From Candidatus Marinacidobacterales bacterium (GTDB lineage Bacteria; Acidobacteriota; Vicinamibacteria; Marinacidobacterales; SMYC01), in contig OZ250169.1 of assembly GCA_965237955.1 (NCBI GenBank), positions 6,048,001-6,112,000 of the forward strand: a DNA stretch of 64,000 nucleotides, in the 5' to 3' direction. The notes beneath the pieces were generated by a model, which was given only the letters and a program-made list of their open reading frames with translations, was not told the DNA's origin and searched no databases. Position 1 is the stretch's first letter. Every line of letters begins with the position of its first letter. Shown here piece after piece: positions 49,561 through 60,226 of this stretch. A program made the position numbers and the translations under genes.

Positions 49561-49689
49561 TCCCCTGTATCAGAACAAACTAGGTAAAGCAGAGCTTGCC
49601 GAAACCCTTCTAAGTGCATGAATCTTATGAATATTATGGGCTGGCGGAAAGCCTAACTTTGTATAGTAATCAAAGATCCAGGGGACTAG
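49557..49689. mobile_element. 133-bp MITE-like element, copy 2
   Basis: Direct repeat of 48812..48944 with 4 substitutions by my count. Confidence 0.9.
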
Positions 49690-49790
49690 ACCGTCAGCTC
49701 GTTCACGGCGTGAAGCGTAAACATGAATAAACAAACTTTGTGTGTGACCGAGGCTACGGGACGCGAAGGGCGAACACGGCCGTACCAACG

Positions 49791-51107
49791 TCAGCTCCCC
49801 TGGCAGATCGACTCCACCTCGCGTAGCTCCTTGGGAACTCCGGCGGTCAAGACGCGGTTCCCCGTTCGGGTGACGAGAACGTCGTCTTCGATGCGTATGC
49901 CTATACCTCGATAGGCTTTGGGAACGCGCCGGTCCCGTGGGCCGAAGTAGAGACCCGGTTCGATGGTCAAAACCATCCCTGGTCGCAGCCTCATCGCTTT
50001 GCCGTCGGCATCACGGTACCCGCCGGCGTCGTGGACATCCATGCCGAGCCAATGGCTGGTTCCATGCATGAACCACGGCCGGTGCGCCTCCTTGGCAACG
50101 AGTTTCTTGCGGTTTCCACGGAGTATCCCGAGCTTCAAGAGTCCATCGATTGTCGTTCGCACCGCAGCGTTGTGCGGGGCGTTCCACGGACGTCCCGGCT
50201 TGACCGCTCGGATCGCGGCCTTTTGCGCTTTCAAAACGATCTCATAGACCGCGGCCTGCACGTCGGTAAACGCTCCCGATACGGGGAACGTGCGGGTGAT
50301 GTCCGCCGTGTACAGGTTCACTTCGGCGCCGGCGTCGACGAGCACGAGGTCGTTCCGTTTCATCTTCCGTTCGTTCGATACGTAGTGCAGCACACACGCG
50401 TTGGCGCCGCTGGCCACGATCGATTCGTAACCGTTTCTTTTCGATCCCAGGCGGCGAAAGGTTCCTTCGATCTCCGCTTGAAGCTCGAACTCCATTTGGC
50501 CCGGCGCTGCCGCCCGCATCGCCCGCCGATGACCCTCCGCCGAGACTCGGGCCGCTTGCTCGAGCGCGCGGATCTCCACGGAGTCTTTGATGAGCCGCTC
50601 GGTGGCGATCGTCGGCAACGGATCCTGCACGATAGGATGCGCCGCAGGATTCCTATTATGGTCGAATGTCCGGTTGCGCTCGAACACACGAGCGAGCGAG
50701 CGATCCATGAGCTCGTATGCGCCGAGCGTGTAGAAGAGTCGCTCGCTGTTCTGCAACAAGCCTTCGAGCTTTTCGTAGAGCGTCGCGATCGGATACGCCT
50801 CGTCGACACCGAGCTTCTCGACCGCCGTGCGCGGCCCCAGTCTGGGTCCGTCCCACACCTCTCGCTCCCGATCGCGCGGGCGAAGAAAAAGAATCGCCTT
50901 GTGCGCACGGCCACTCACACGATAGGCCGCGAGAACCGAGTCGGGTTCGTCGAATCCGGTCAAGTAGTGAAAATCACTTCCAGGGCGGAACGCGTGGAAG
51001 ACGTCGCCGTTGCGGAGCCTCTGGGGCGCGGTCGGGAGAACGAGGAGACCGTCGCCGAGCCGATTGAGGACACGTTGCCGGCGCTTGTGGAACAACTCAG
51101 ATGACAT
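49791..51107 (-). CDS. pepP: Xaa-Pro aminopeptidase (aminopeptidase P)
   Basis: SDFHYLTG, VLHY, DAGAE, DITRT, HGTSHWLGMDVHD, TIEPG, GIRIEDD. Confidence 0.93.
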   Translation of the reverse strand: MSSELFHKRRQRVLNRLGDGLLVLPTAPQRLRNGDVFHAFRPGSDFHYLTGFDEPDSVLAAYRVSGRAHKAILFLRPRDREREVWDGPRLGPRTAVEKLGVDEAYPIATLYEKLEGLLQNSERLFYTLGAYELMDRSLARVFERNRTFDHNRNPAAHPIVQDPLPTIATERLIKDSVEIRALEQAARVSAEGHRRAMRAAAPGQMEFELQAEIEGTFRRLGSKRNGYESIVASGANACVLHYVSNERKMKRNDLVLVDAGAEVNLYTADITRTFPVSGAFTDVQAAVYEIVLKAQKAAIRAVKPGRPWNAPHNAAVRTTIDGLLKLGILRGNRKKLVAKEAHRPWFMHGTSHWLGMDVHDAGGYRDADGKAMRLRPGMVLTIEPGLYFGPRDRRVPKAYRGIGIRIEDDVLVTRTGNRVLTAGVPKELREVESICQGS

Positions 51108-52245
51108 TGAGCTCCGGAACGACTTCGTCTCGGAATCTATCAATGCGGTACGGCTCGAGATCGACGCTCGTCGATTTCCCGTCGACGATCAGCTCGGAAA
51201 CCGAGAGGCCGACGGCCGGCGCGTGCTGCATGCCGTGCCCGCTGAAACCGTTCGCGCACACGAAATTGTCGAGCTCGGAGACTTTGCCGATGATCGCGTT
51301 GTGGTCGGGCGAAACCTCGTAGAGGCCGGCGACGGTCGTTCGGATCTCGGCCTCCTCGATCAGTGGCACGCGCGCGATCGCATGCTCACTGATTTGCGCG
51401 AGGAAATCCCAATCGACCTGCTGGTTGAAGCTCGGTGGCTCGTCGGGATCGGACTCGCCGATCAGCAGCCGGCCGCTCTCCTGGTGCATGTATACGCCGG
51501 TGCCCCAATCGATGATGAGCGGGAAGGTGTCGGCAATCCAGGCCATCGGCTGGGTAATGAAGTACTGCCGGCGGACCGGCTCGACGGGCACGTCGACGCC
51601 CGCCATCTCGCCGACACCTTTGGCCCACGGGCCCGCCGCGTTCACGACCCATTGGGCCTCCCAGCGCTCAGCGTCGGCGACGACGGCACGGACGCGACCA
51701 CCCGACACCTCGATACCGGTCACATCGGTTGACTTGATGATGTCGACTCCCAGGCGCCGCGCGTTTTTCGCGTACCCCTGGACGATCGCGTGTGGGTTCG
51801 CGATGCCGTCGGCGTTACAAAACGTCGCGCCGACGAGATCGTCGATGTAGAGCTGGGAGACGATGCCGCGCGCCTCTTCTGGCGTGAGTACCTCCACCGG
51901 AACGCCCATCTCTCGTTGCCGCTCCGCATTCGCACGAAAGGCCTCGAGGTCCTCTTCCGTGGTCAGCACGAACAAATACCCGTTCCGCTTGAAATCGACG
52001 GGCTCATCCATTTCCTCTTCGAATCGCTCGAGCGCCGCGATGCTGATGCGCGACATCTCGATGTTCGCCGCGGTCGAGAACTGCAAGCGAACCCCGCCCG
52101 CGCACTTGCCGGTCGCGCCGGTTCCGAGCGCTTCTTCGCGCCCGAAAATCACGATGTCTCTCATACCGCTCTTTGCGAGATGGTACGCGATCGACGCGCC
52201 CATGATACCGCCGCCGATGATCGCTACCTCTACGCTTTTCGCCAT
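51097..52245 (-). CDS. FAD-dependent oxidoreductase (sarcosine oxidase beta / DAO family)
   Basis: IIGGGIMG, VNAAGPWA, SPDH, GFSGHG. Confidence 0.9.
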   Translation of the reverse strand: MAKSVEVAIIGGGIMGASIAYHLAKSGMRDIVIFGREEALGTGATGKCAGGVRLQFSTAANIEMSRISIAALERFEEEMDEPVDFKRNGYLFVLTTEEDLEAFRANAERQREMGVPVEVLTPEEARGIVSQLYIDDLVGATFCNADGIANPHAIVQGYAKNARRLGVDIIKSTDVTGIEVSGGRVRAVVADAERWEAQWVVNAAGPWAKGVGEMAGVDVPVEPVRRQYFITQPMAWIADTFPLIIDWGTGVYMHQESGRLLIGESDPDEPPSFNQQVDWDFLAQISEHAIARVPLIEEAEIRTTVAGLYEVSPDHNAIIGKVSELDNFVCANGFSGHGMQHAPAVGLSVSELIVDGKSTSVDLEPYRIDRFRDEVVPELNVI

Positions 52246-52355
52246 CGGTGTTCAGTCAATGATCGCCTGACCCAGCAGCAGGAGCGACAGCCGAAGCTTC
52301 ATGAACATTCTCATATCACGTCGGGTAGGATGCCTCAATCTGGGAGGTATACAGC

Positions 52356-54901
52356 ATGAGACGCTTTTTTATCCTTACGTTCCTGGCCCTCACCGTAAGC
52401 GCGTCAACCGCATTCGGGGACGACGCTGTTGATTCCGTGCTCGACAACCTCGAATGGCGCAATATCGGCCCGGCGGTTATGGGCGGCCGCATCAACGATT
52501 TCGCACTCGTCGAGTCGAACCCGAACGTTGCGTTCGTGGCGACAGCGTCCGCCGGAATTTGGAAAACGACAAACAACGGTATCACTTGGGAGTCGCTTTT
52601 CGACGACCAACCGGTCTCGAGCGTCGGCGATATCGCGGTCGCGCCGTCCGACCCTTCGATCGTATGGGCCGGCACCGGAGAGCCGGCGAACCGCCAAAGC
52701 TCCTCATGGGGCGACGGCGTCTACAAGTCGATGGACGGTGGCGCAACGTGGACGAACATGGGACTCGAGGACACCCACCATATCGGACGGGTGCACATCC
52801 ACCCTACGAATCCCAACATCGTCTACGTTGCGGCGCTCGGGCATCTCTGGGGGCCGAACGAGCAACGGGGCGTCTTCAAGACGACCGACGGCGGCAAGAC
52901 ACTACTCCTACGATCGCGGTCTCACCTGGGATTTCGTGAACACCCTCGCGTTAGGACAGTTCTACGAGATCGGTTACGACATGGAGACCCCCTACAATAT
53001 CTACGGCAGTCTTCAGGACAACGGTAGCTGGGGCGGACCGGTTCGAACCCGCCACCAGCAAGGCATCTCCAACGCGGATTGGTTCCGGATTGGTTCCGCG
53101 TCGGCGGCGGCGACGGCTTCTACACCCAAATCGATCCCAACGACGGGACGACGATCTACTTCGAGTCGCAGAACGGAGTCTTGCGCCGCCTCGATCTGAG
53201 CCGGCTCGAGATCAAGACGATCCGGCCCGAGCCCGAGGAAGGTGAAACGCGCTATCGCTTCGACTGGAACAGTCCCTTTGTTATTTCGCCCCACGATTCG
53301 AAGACGATTTACTACGGCGGCAACCGGCTATTCACATCGACGAATCGCGGCGACGAGTGGACCCGAACCATCGACTTGTCCAAGAATCACGATCGCGACG
53401 AAATGCCGATCATGGCATCATGCTGAACGACGACACTCTGTCACGGAACGACGGCATCTCGACTTACGGGCAAATCATAACCATCAGTGAGTCTCCTCTC
53501 GTTCAAGGTCTGCTCTACGTGGGAACAGATGACGGCAACATTCAAGTCTCACGAGACGGTGGTGAAAGCTGGAACAACGTCGCGGCCAACTTGCCCGGCG
53601 GCCACCCCGGCATCCACGAAGAAACGTACGTCACCCGTGTCGTTTCATCCCAGCATGCGGAAGGGCGCGTCTACGCTACCCTCGACGGCCACCGCAACGA
53701 CGATTTCGCCACTTACGCGTTCGCGAGCGACGACTACGGCGACACGTGGCGACGCATCACCACCGGTATCCCCGACGGCCACACGCTGAATGTCATCCGC
53801 GAGCACCCGGACAACGGCGCGCTTTTGTTTGCCGGGGGCGAGCGGGGGGTGTACGTTTCTTTCGACGGCGGCGAGGTATGGCACGAGATGCGCGGGAGCT
53901 TTCCCCGGGTGCCGGTCGACGACATCGCGATCCATCCGCGCGACAACGACCTCATTCTAGGAACGCACGGCCGCAGCATATGGGTCCTCGACGACATGAA
54001 GCCGCTCGAGAATCTGAGCGACGCGGTGCTCGCGGCGAAGCTTCATGTCTTTCCCATACGGGACGCGATCAACTACCGCAGCTTCCGCTACAGAGGCAAT
54101 CCCGGCCACCAGATGTTTCTCGCCGAGAACCCGCCGCCGGGCGCACTCGTCCACTACTATCTGAGCGAACCAGAGGCGGTGAACATCACCGTGACCGACG
54201 CGTCCGGACGCCTCATCCGTACGATCGAAGGCTCGAACCACATAGGGCTCAACCGCACCAACTGGGATCTGAGATATGACGAGGCGATCCCGGCCGAGCC
54301 CACGGACGGCAACGATCCACCTCCCGGACCGAGAGTCCTTCCCGGTACCTACACGGTAAAGATCGAGGCCGGCTCCGAGTCGGCCGAGCAGACGGTCATC
54401 GTGACCGACGATCCAAACGTGCGCGCGAGCGACGCCGATCGCCGAGCGCATCTCGATGTTCTTCTCGAGCTTCGCCGACTCATTTCGGAAATGCACGAAG
54501 CGCACGAGCAAGCCGTTGGCTTGACCGAACAGCTCGATGGGCTCGAAGCGACACTCGCGGACGCGCCCGAGACGGTCGCGAGCGCGTTCACGGCGGCGAA
54601 AACGAGCGTGTCGGAGCTCGAGCGCTTGCTCTCGCGCGACGAGGGACGCACGCGCTCTGGTGGCGCAACCAGACCTTTATACCAACGACTGACGCGTCTT
54701 TATCGCGGCCTCGACAGCTACACGGAAGCGCCGAACTCCCACCGGCGGGCGCAGATCGCGTCCATGTCGAGAGAGCTGAACGAGCGGCTCGACGGTCTGA
54801 AGGCCGTCATCAGTGGCGAGATCGCCGAGCTCAACCGCGCCATCGAGAAGAATCGGGTCCCGCGCATCCGGCCACCGACACCGAAAAACACGACGACTTG
54901 A
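52356..54901 (+). pseudogene. VPS10/BNR-repeat secreted glycosyl hydrolase-like protein, disrupted
   Basis: WRNIGPAVMGGRI and SxDGGxTW repeats. Broken by an apparent internal deletion/frameshift at ~52900, an 11-bp tandem duplication at 53075..53096 and a 1-nt loss near 53414. Confidence 0.85.
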
Positions 54902-54924
54902 AGAACACTTTTTTACAAAAAAAC

Positions 54925-55012
54925 AACGCAAAGACGCAAGGTGAAAGCGCCTTCGGCGCCGGTTCTTTCTTTGCGTCTTTGCGACTTGGCGACTTGGCGC
55001 CTTTGCGTTTCG
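54925..55012. repeat. Intergenic palindromic octamer-repeat element between convergent genes (possible bidirectional terminator)
   Basis: AACGCAAAGACGCAAG...CTTTGCGTCTTTGCGACTTGGCGACTTGGCGCCTTTGCGTT. Confidence 0.6.
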
Positions 55013-55031
55013 CTTTTTGAGTGGAGAAAAG

Positions 55032-56282
55032 CTAGTCGAGCTCGATGGCCAGCTCCGCACCGAAGAGCATGGTGCGGTCGTTATCGCGCGCCGCCCATTT
55101 CATCAGCGTCTCTACGCTTCGCTCGACCTTGCCTTCGTAGGAGACGATGCCGTTCGTCGTCACTTTGATGGGTTCGTCGAAGTCGATCTCGTCAGGGGCG
55201 AGCAGCAACGTGTAGCGCTTCACACCGTCCGCTGCGACTTCGATCGTGTTTCTTCGGCGATCGATGAGGACGCGGCCGGACGTTTTCGTGTGCGGGAAGA
55301 GTCCTCCGGCTCGTTCATTCCCAGTGAGCTCGTCAATCACGATCCAGGAGAATCGGCCGAATGTCTCCGCGTCGTCGGCCTCCCACGAAACTCGCTCAGG
55401 AAGTGGATCGCGAGGGTGTTCGTCCATGAACGCTTCGATGCGCGGCGACTCGCTGTTCCACCAGCGCGTGTTGTGCCCGCCCGGTTGAGAGCGGAACACG
55501 ACCGTCGCGCCCTCTTCGCGAAACGCCTCCACGTACGGCCACACCCTTGCTGCTGGGTACAGACGATCGGTCTCACCGTTGACGACGTAAAGCGGCTTGT
55601 TCACGAGATTGCCTTCGAACATCTCACCGACGACGCCCGTTCTCGGGTTCGAAAGGACGGACGGATGCGCGATGAAAGGAAAGTAGCCAGCCCACGGCGT
55701 CGACGCTTTCATCGCGAAGTAGTAAACACCGGTGCCACCGTCAGAGACCCCGTAGAGAAACACTTGGTTCTCATCGACGTTGTAGAGCGTCTCGAGACGA
55801 TCCAGGATCGCTTCCAGGTTCTCGATTTGGCTCGGTTGCCACCAACTGGATCCACGCCAAGACGCCGGGAACACCGAGATTTGATCGACGCCGTCGAACC
55901 GATCGAAACGCCGCCACCACGTGTCCCCTTTCATGGGTCTATCGACACGGTTCACGCCGCCGTGCAAATAGAAACACACGCGATAGCGTTTCACGGGATC
56001 GTAGTCGTCGGGCACGAGAACGACTGAGTGGTGCTCTCCTCCGGTTCCGGTGCGGCTCCACTCGAGCCGACCGGTCGCGACATCGTCCCGGTAGACGCGA
56101 CCGGTACGGAGTCTTGCATGGAGCACCGAGAAGTCAACGCTGAGTTGGACGAGTCTGTCCGCGACGTTGGCGCGCTCGGTCACGTCTTCAGCAGCGAAAA
56201 ACTCAGCAATGACCGCGTCCTGCTCCGACGTCACGCAACCGAAGAGCGTGAAGAGTATCGCCAGTAGCGCGCGTTGCATCAC
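55032..56282 (-). CDS. Secreted/lipoprotein alpha/beta-hydrolase (esterase/peptidase-like)
   Basis: LFGC lipobox, YLHGG, GVSDGG nucleophile elbow, NGETD, GGH. Confidence 0.75.
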   Translation of the reverse strand: MMQRALLAILFTLFGCVTSEQDAVIAEFFAAEDVTERANVADRLVQLSVDFSVLHARLRTGRVYRDDVATGRLEWSRTGTGGEHHSVVLVPDDYDPVKRYRVCFYLHGGVNRVDRPMKGDTWWRRFDRFDGVDQISVFPASWRGSSWWQPSQIENLEAILDRLETLYNVDENQVFLYGVSDGGTGVYYFAMKASTPWAGYFPFIAHPSVLSNPRTGVVGEMFEGNLVNKPLYVVNGETDRLYPAARVWPYVEAFREEGATVVFRSQPGGHNTRWWNSESPRIEAFMDEHPRDPLPERVSWEADDAETFGRFSWIVIDELTGNERAGGLFPHTKTSGRVLIDRRRNTIEVAADGVKRYTLLLAPDEIDFDEPIKVTTNGIVSYEGKVERSVETLMKWAARDNDRTMLFGAELAIELD

Positions 56283-56297
56283 TGCAGCTTAGCAAAC

Positions 56298-56312
56298 TGG
56301 CACGCGAGATGC
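56298..56312 (+). promoter_or_regulatory. Sigma54-type promoter
   Basis: TGGCACGCGAGATGC (GG-N10-GC) about 48 bp before the ATG. Confidence 0.55.
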
Positions 56313-56359
56313 CCGCAACCGAGAGTCATCGCAGATATAATGCTGCCCGGAGGCCCGCG

Positions 56360-57874
56360 ATGAGAATGGCACCTATCCTCGTTTCGCTTCTTTGCGCGCT
56401 CGGATGCGCGACTCCCGAGCCGGACACCGACACGGTCGACGCCGCGATGACGGCTCCCGCCGAGCAAGAACCCGAGCCCGAACCGCTCGTGCTCTCTGCC
56501 AGTGAGGACGAGCTACCTGAGATGCTTTTGCCGCTCATCGCTCCGTGGCACGGCGACCTCGATGGAATGGTGGAACGTCGGGTGATCCGCGCCGTGGTCG
56601 CGGTGAGCATGACGCAGTATTTTCTCGACGGTGCAGTACAAAGAGGAATCACGTACGAAGCACTGCAGCAGTTCGAAGCATCTCTAAACAAGAAGCTCGA
56701 CACCGGCAACCTCAAGGTGCACATCGCTATCCTGCCCATCGCCCGGGACAAGTTGCTCCCCGCGCTCGTCGAGGGCCGGGCGGATATCGCCGCCGCAAAC
56801 TTGACCATCACCCCTGAACGGCAACGACTGGTCGATTTTTCCGCTCCCGCGTGGACCGACGTCACGGAAATCGTGGTCACCGGACCGAAGAGTCCAGAGC
56901 TCGAAGAGCTCCACGATCTCGCAGGCCAAGAAATCCACGTCCGCCGGTCGAGTAGCTACTACGAGAGCCTACAGAATTTGAACGATGAGCTGCGGGCCGC
57001 GGGCAAAGAAGAGGTGCGCCTCGTTCTCGCGGACGAGCATCTCGAAGATGAAGACTTGCTACAGATGGTGAACGCGGGCCTTCTGCCTATCGTCATCGTC
57101 GACAGCACCAAAGCCGACTTCTGGGCACAGATCTTCGACCATCTCACGCTGCGTCCGGATCTTGCAGTAAGAACCGGCGGCGAGATCGCGTGGGCGTTCC
57201 GGAAGGATAGTCCACAGCTAGCCGCCGAAGTCAACGCGTTCATTCAAGCCAACCGCAAAGGAACGCTCATGGGGAACATGTTGTTCAAGCGGTACCTGAA
57301 GGACACGAAGTGGGTCACGCACGCGTTGTCCAGCACCGAGATCGCGAAGTTCAACGCAACCATCGATCTGTTTCGAAGCTATGGGGAGCAATACGACTTC
57401 GACCACCTCATGCTCGCGGCGCTCGGGTACCAGGAGTCGCGGCTCGACCAAAGCGTGAGAAGTGGTGCGGGCGCGGTCGGCGTCATGCAGTTGCTTCGGA
57501 GCACAGCGAGCGACCCGAATGTCGCCATCCCGAACATCGACGAACTCGAGCCCAACATCCACGTCGGCACGAAGTATCTTCGCTTCCTGCGAGACCGCTA
57601 CTTCAAGGACGAGGCGATGAGGGAAGTCCAAAAGACACTGTTTACCTTCGCCTCCTACAACGCGGGGCCGGCGCGGGTGAGAGGTCTACGCAGGAAGGCG
57701 GAGGCCGCGGGACTCGATCCGAACATATGGTTCGACAACGTCGAAGTGATCGCGTCGAGAGAGATCGGTCGCGAGACAGTGCAGTACGTCAGTAATATCT
57801 ACAAGTACTACATCGCGTACCGGCAAGTCGAGACCCAACGCGAGCGAAAAGAGCAGGCACTGCCGTCGGGCTGA
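56360..57874 (+). CDS. MltF-like lytic transglycosylase (PBP domain plus SLT domain), lipoprotein
   Basis: ALGC lipobox; ANLTIT; YQES, GVMQL, ASYNAG, ETVQYV. Confidence 0.9.
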   Translation: MRMAPILVSLLCALGCATPEPDTDTVDAAMTAPAEQEPEPEPLVLSASEDELPEMLLPLIAPWHGDLDGMVERRVIRAVVAVSMTQYFLDGAVQRGITYEALQQFEASLNKKLDTGNLKVHIAILPIARDKLLPALVEGRADIAAANLTITPERQRLVDFSAPAWTDVTEIVVTGPKSPELEELHDLAGQEIHVRRSSSYYESLQNLNDELRAAGKEEVRLVLADEHLEDEDLLQMVNAGLLPIVIVDSTKADFWAQIFDHLTLRPDLAVRTGGEIAWAFRKDSPQLAAEVNAFIQANRKGTLMGNMLFKRYLKDTKWVTHALSSTEIAKFNATIDLFRSYGEQYDFDHLMLAALGYQESRLDQSVRSGAGAVGVMQLLRSTASDPNVAIPNIDELEPNIHVGTKYLRFLRDRYFKDEAMREVQKTLFTFASYNAGPARVRGLRRKAEAAGLDPNIWFDNVEVIASREIGRETVQYVSNIYKYYIAYRQVETQRERKEQALPSG

Positions 57875-57890
57875 TTTTCACCCGTCCTGC

Positions 57891-59812
57891 TCACCGCAGC
57901 GTCATCGCCGGATCCCCCAGCAAGTGATAAATGCTCAGCAGCTCGGGGAAGGCGCCGGTTTCGGCATAGGCTTGCTGGGCGTCGAGGAGCGCATCTCCGA
58001 GGCGCCGGTGGCCTCCGTTGAAGAGCTCTTCGAGAAGCGCCTTGTGGTAAAGGTTCGCCGGGCCATTCAGGCTCAGCCCGCTCGGCGACAAGGCTGCGAT
58101 CGCGCCCTTGTCCCTGGCTTGGACGAGCTCCTCGGCGAGTGAGTTGAAGTACGGGAAATGGAAGTAGCCGTTCAGGCAGTTCATCGTGAGTAGGAGCGGC
58201 TGCTGGGACTGGGAACCGAGTGAGGCGACGTCGCTTCTGTTGAAGAAGTTCTCGTCTGCCCACAGGTGAATGCCTCCGTGACCCAAATAGCTCACGAGCG
58301 AGGCTCCTTCGTCGAAGCTTTGCAGAATCGCATTTCGCGTCGCGTGGGTCCCGAGCTGGCTCAGGTAGATCTTCTCTGGATTCTTCGAAGCCAAGACGGT
58401 TGCAGCCAGCGCGTCGGCGTCCGCCTCGAAGTTTCCGGCGCGGTCCGGATTGTCCGCCACGAGCACCACCGCTGAGCGATCTAAGCCCGCCTCTCCCGTC
58501 TCATAGGCCACGATCTTCTCGACCACCGCCTGGATTTCATCGACCGTCGCCGCCGGCAAGCGTCCAATCGCCAGATCGGGAAGCATGTCGTCGCCGTTCA
58601 CCGCGGCATAGCTGGGGTCCGACGCCGTCCAGAGATAGGACGTCTTCACCATTCGAGGCGGCACCTGGTTCGTCACTCCCGTTTGCAAATGGTCCTTGAA
58701 GTCGAACGTCGCATCGCCCAGAAGCAGCACGTAGCGCGGCGAGGGTTGTCTCCAATTGTGATAGGCGTAGCTCAGGAAATCCTTCACGGCCTCGGGCGTC
58801 GGCTCACCGAAGCCGAACTCCGAATAGACCTCCTCGATCGACACCGCCTTGACCTTCAGCCCCCCGCTCTGCCTCAGCTCCAGCAAGGGTATCGCCGCTC
58901 GAAGGAATGCCTCCGGGCCGATAACTAGGTAATCGGCGCGATTGCGTGTGTTCTTCAGACGGCTCGTCCTGGGCTTCGTCACCGCGGGGTGATAAACCGC
59001 TTCCGGGCTCACCGCGAGATAGCTACGGCCGGACTCGGCGCGGAACCGGAACATGCCGTCGGCTCCGTCTTCCGTGTCGAGCAACCAGCGCGGCTGCGCT
59101 TCGCTCGTATCCAAAACGTGCGTCCCTGCTACGAGCCCTGAGAGCTCCGCCGCCCCGGATGCACTCCAGCGACCTTCGAGTCGGCCATCGCCCGTGAGCG
59201 CGACGCGCGGATACTCCACCGCGTAGCGGTCGAGCATCACCATCGAGTACGCCGCTTCGGTGTCTCCCACGTTCTTGAGCTCCAGGAGGTTGTCTCCTTC
59301 TTGCAGAAGACCTGGCATTAGATCCACGTCGATCTTGTTTGCCCGCTTGCCATCCCAGCTCACTTCCGCAACCAGGCTCCCGTTCACATACACCCGCACG
59401 TGATGATCGGGATTGGCCCTAAAATCACTCACCCCCTGGAGCCACACGCTGAGTTTCGAGGGCTCACTGGGTGCGGGCGCAATCAGTGCCAGAGCACTCA
59501 CTTCAAACGGGTAGCTCTTCACCACCGGAGCAAACAACAGGTCCCACAACCATAGATCGGGCGCTTCGAGAAGCGCTGCCTGGTAGTAACGGTTCTCTTC
59601 CCACTCCGCCCGATGCCAGTAGAAGCGGGTAGGCTCTCCCGAAGGCGCTGCCGAGATTTCCGGCATGCTCTCCCCGGCCTGCCCCATCTCGAGCTCATAC
59701 ACCGCCTCGCTGCCATAGGGATTTGCCGATGCGCCGTCACTCATAAAGTAGAGCGTCGAGCCCGGCTTGAAGCGACGCGAGCTCGGCTCCAGGTGGAACG
59801 CCACCGTCTTGC
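57891..59812 (-). pseudogene. C25 (gingipain-like) peptidase gene, 3' part, interrupted by IS21
   Basis: ADYLVI, YVLLLGDA, IGRLP, YLGHG, MNCLNG, LLGDP. Confidence 0.85.
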
Positions 59813-60226
59813 TGCGTATTCCAGCCATCGTGAACGCCGAATCCAGAGCAAGCTGAACAGCGAATCCGGTGAAGCCGAACGCTCATCGAAGCGATGAAGT
59901 GTTGGGTGACCTCCTTCCCACTGATTGAAAACGTGAACCTATCTTACCTGCGTGTTGTGTAGCAAGGGGCGGCAGGTCGGTGCCGGAGGGAGCGGGCGTA
60001 AGGAAAGACGCGAAGCGACCTTCCCGCTCCCGTAGGCAGCGACCTGCCGCGGCCGAACCCCGGGCGATGTGGGGCTGGTTTCGGGGGGTTGCTGGGGTAT
60101 GGCCTGGCTCGAGAAGACGCTTCCTGAGGCATTCTCGCGCGTCGTTTTGGCGCCGCATCGTCTGGTACCCCGGGTTTGGCGGTTTCACCCGTTTTTATCG
60201 CATCGACGCTGTGGTCCCTCGCTCGC

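Noticed and set aside
48812-49689. CRISPR array or integron attC cassette
   Set aside because: Repeats are 133 bp with TIRs and CTAG ends, there are only two, they lack RYYYAAC/GTTRRRY boxes, and no cas or intI gene is present.
59813-59828. ATG at 59828 as the true start of a 645-aa C25 protein
   Set aside because: The start lies inside the IS21 terminal repeat; the gene continues on the far side of the IS.
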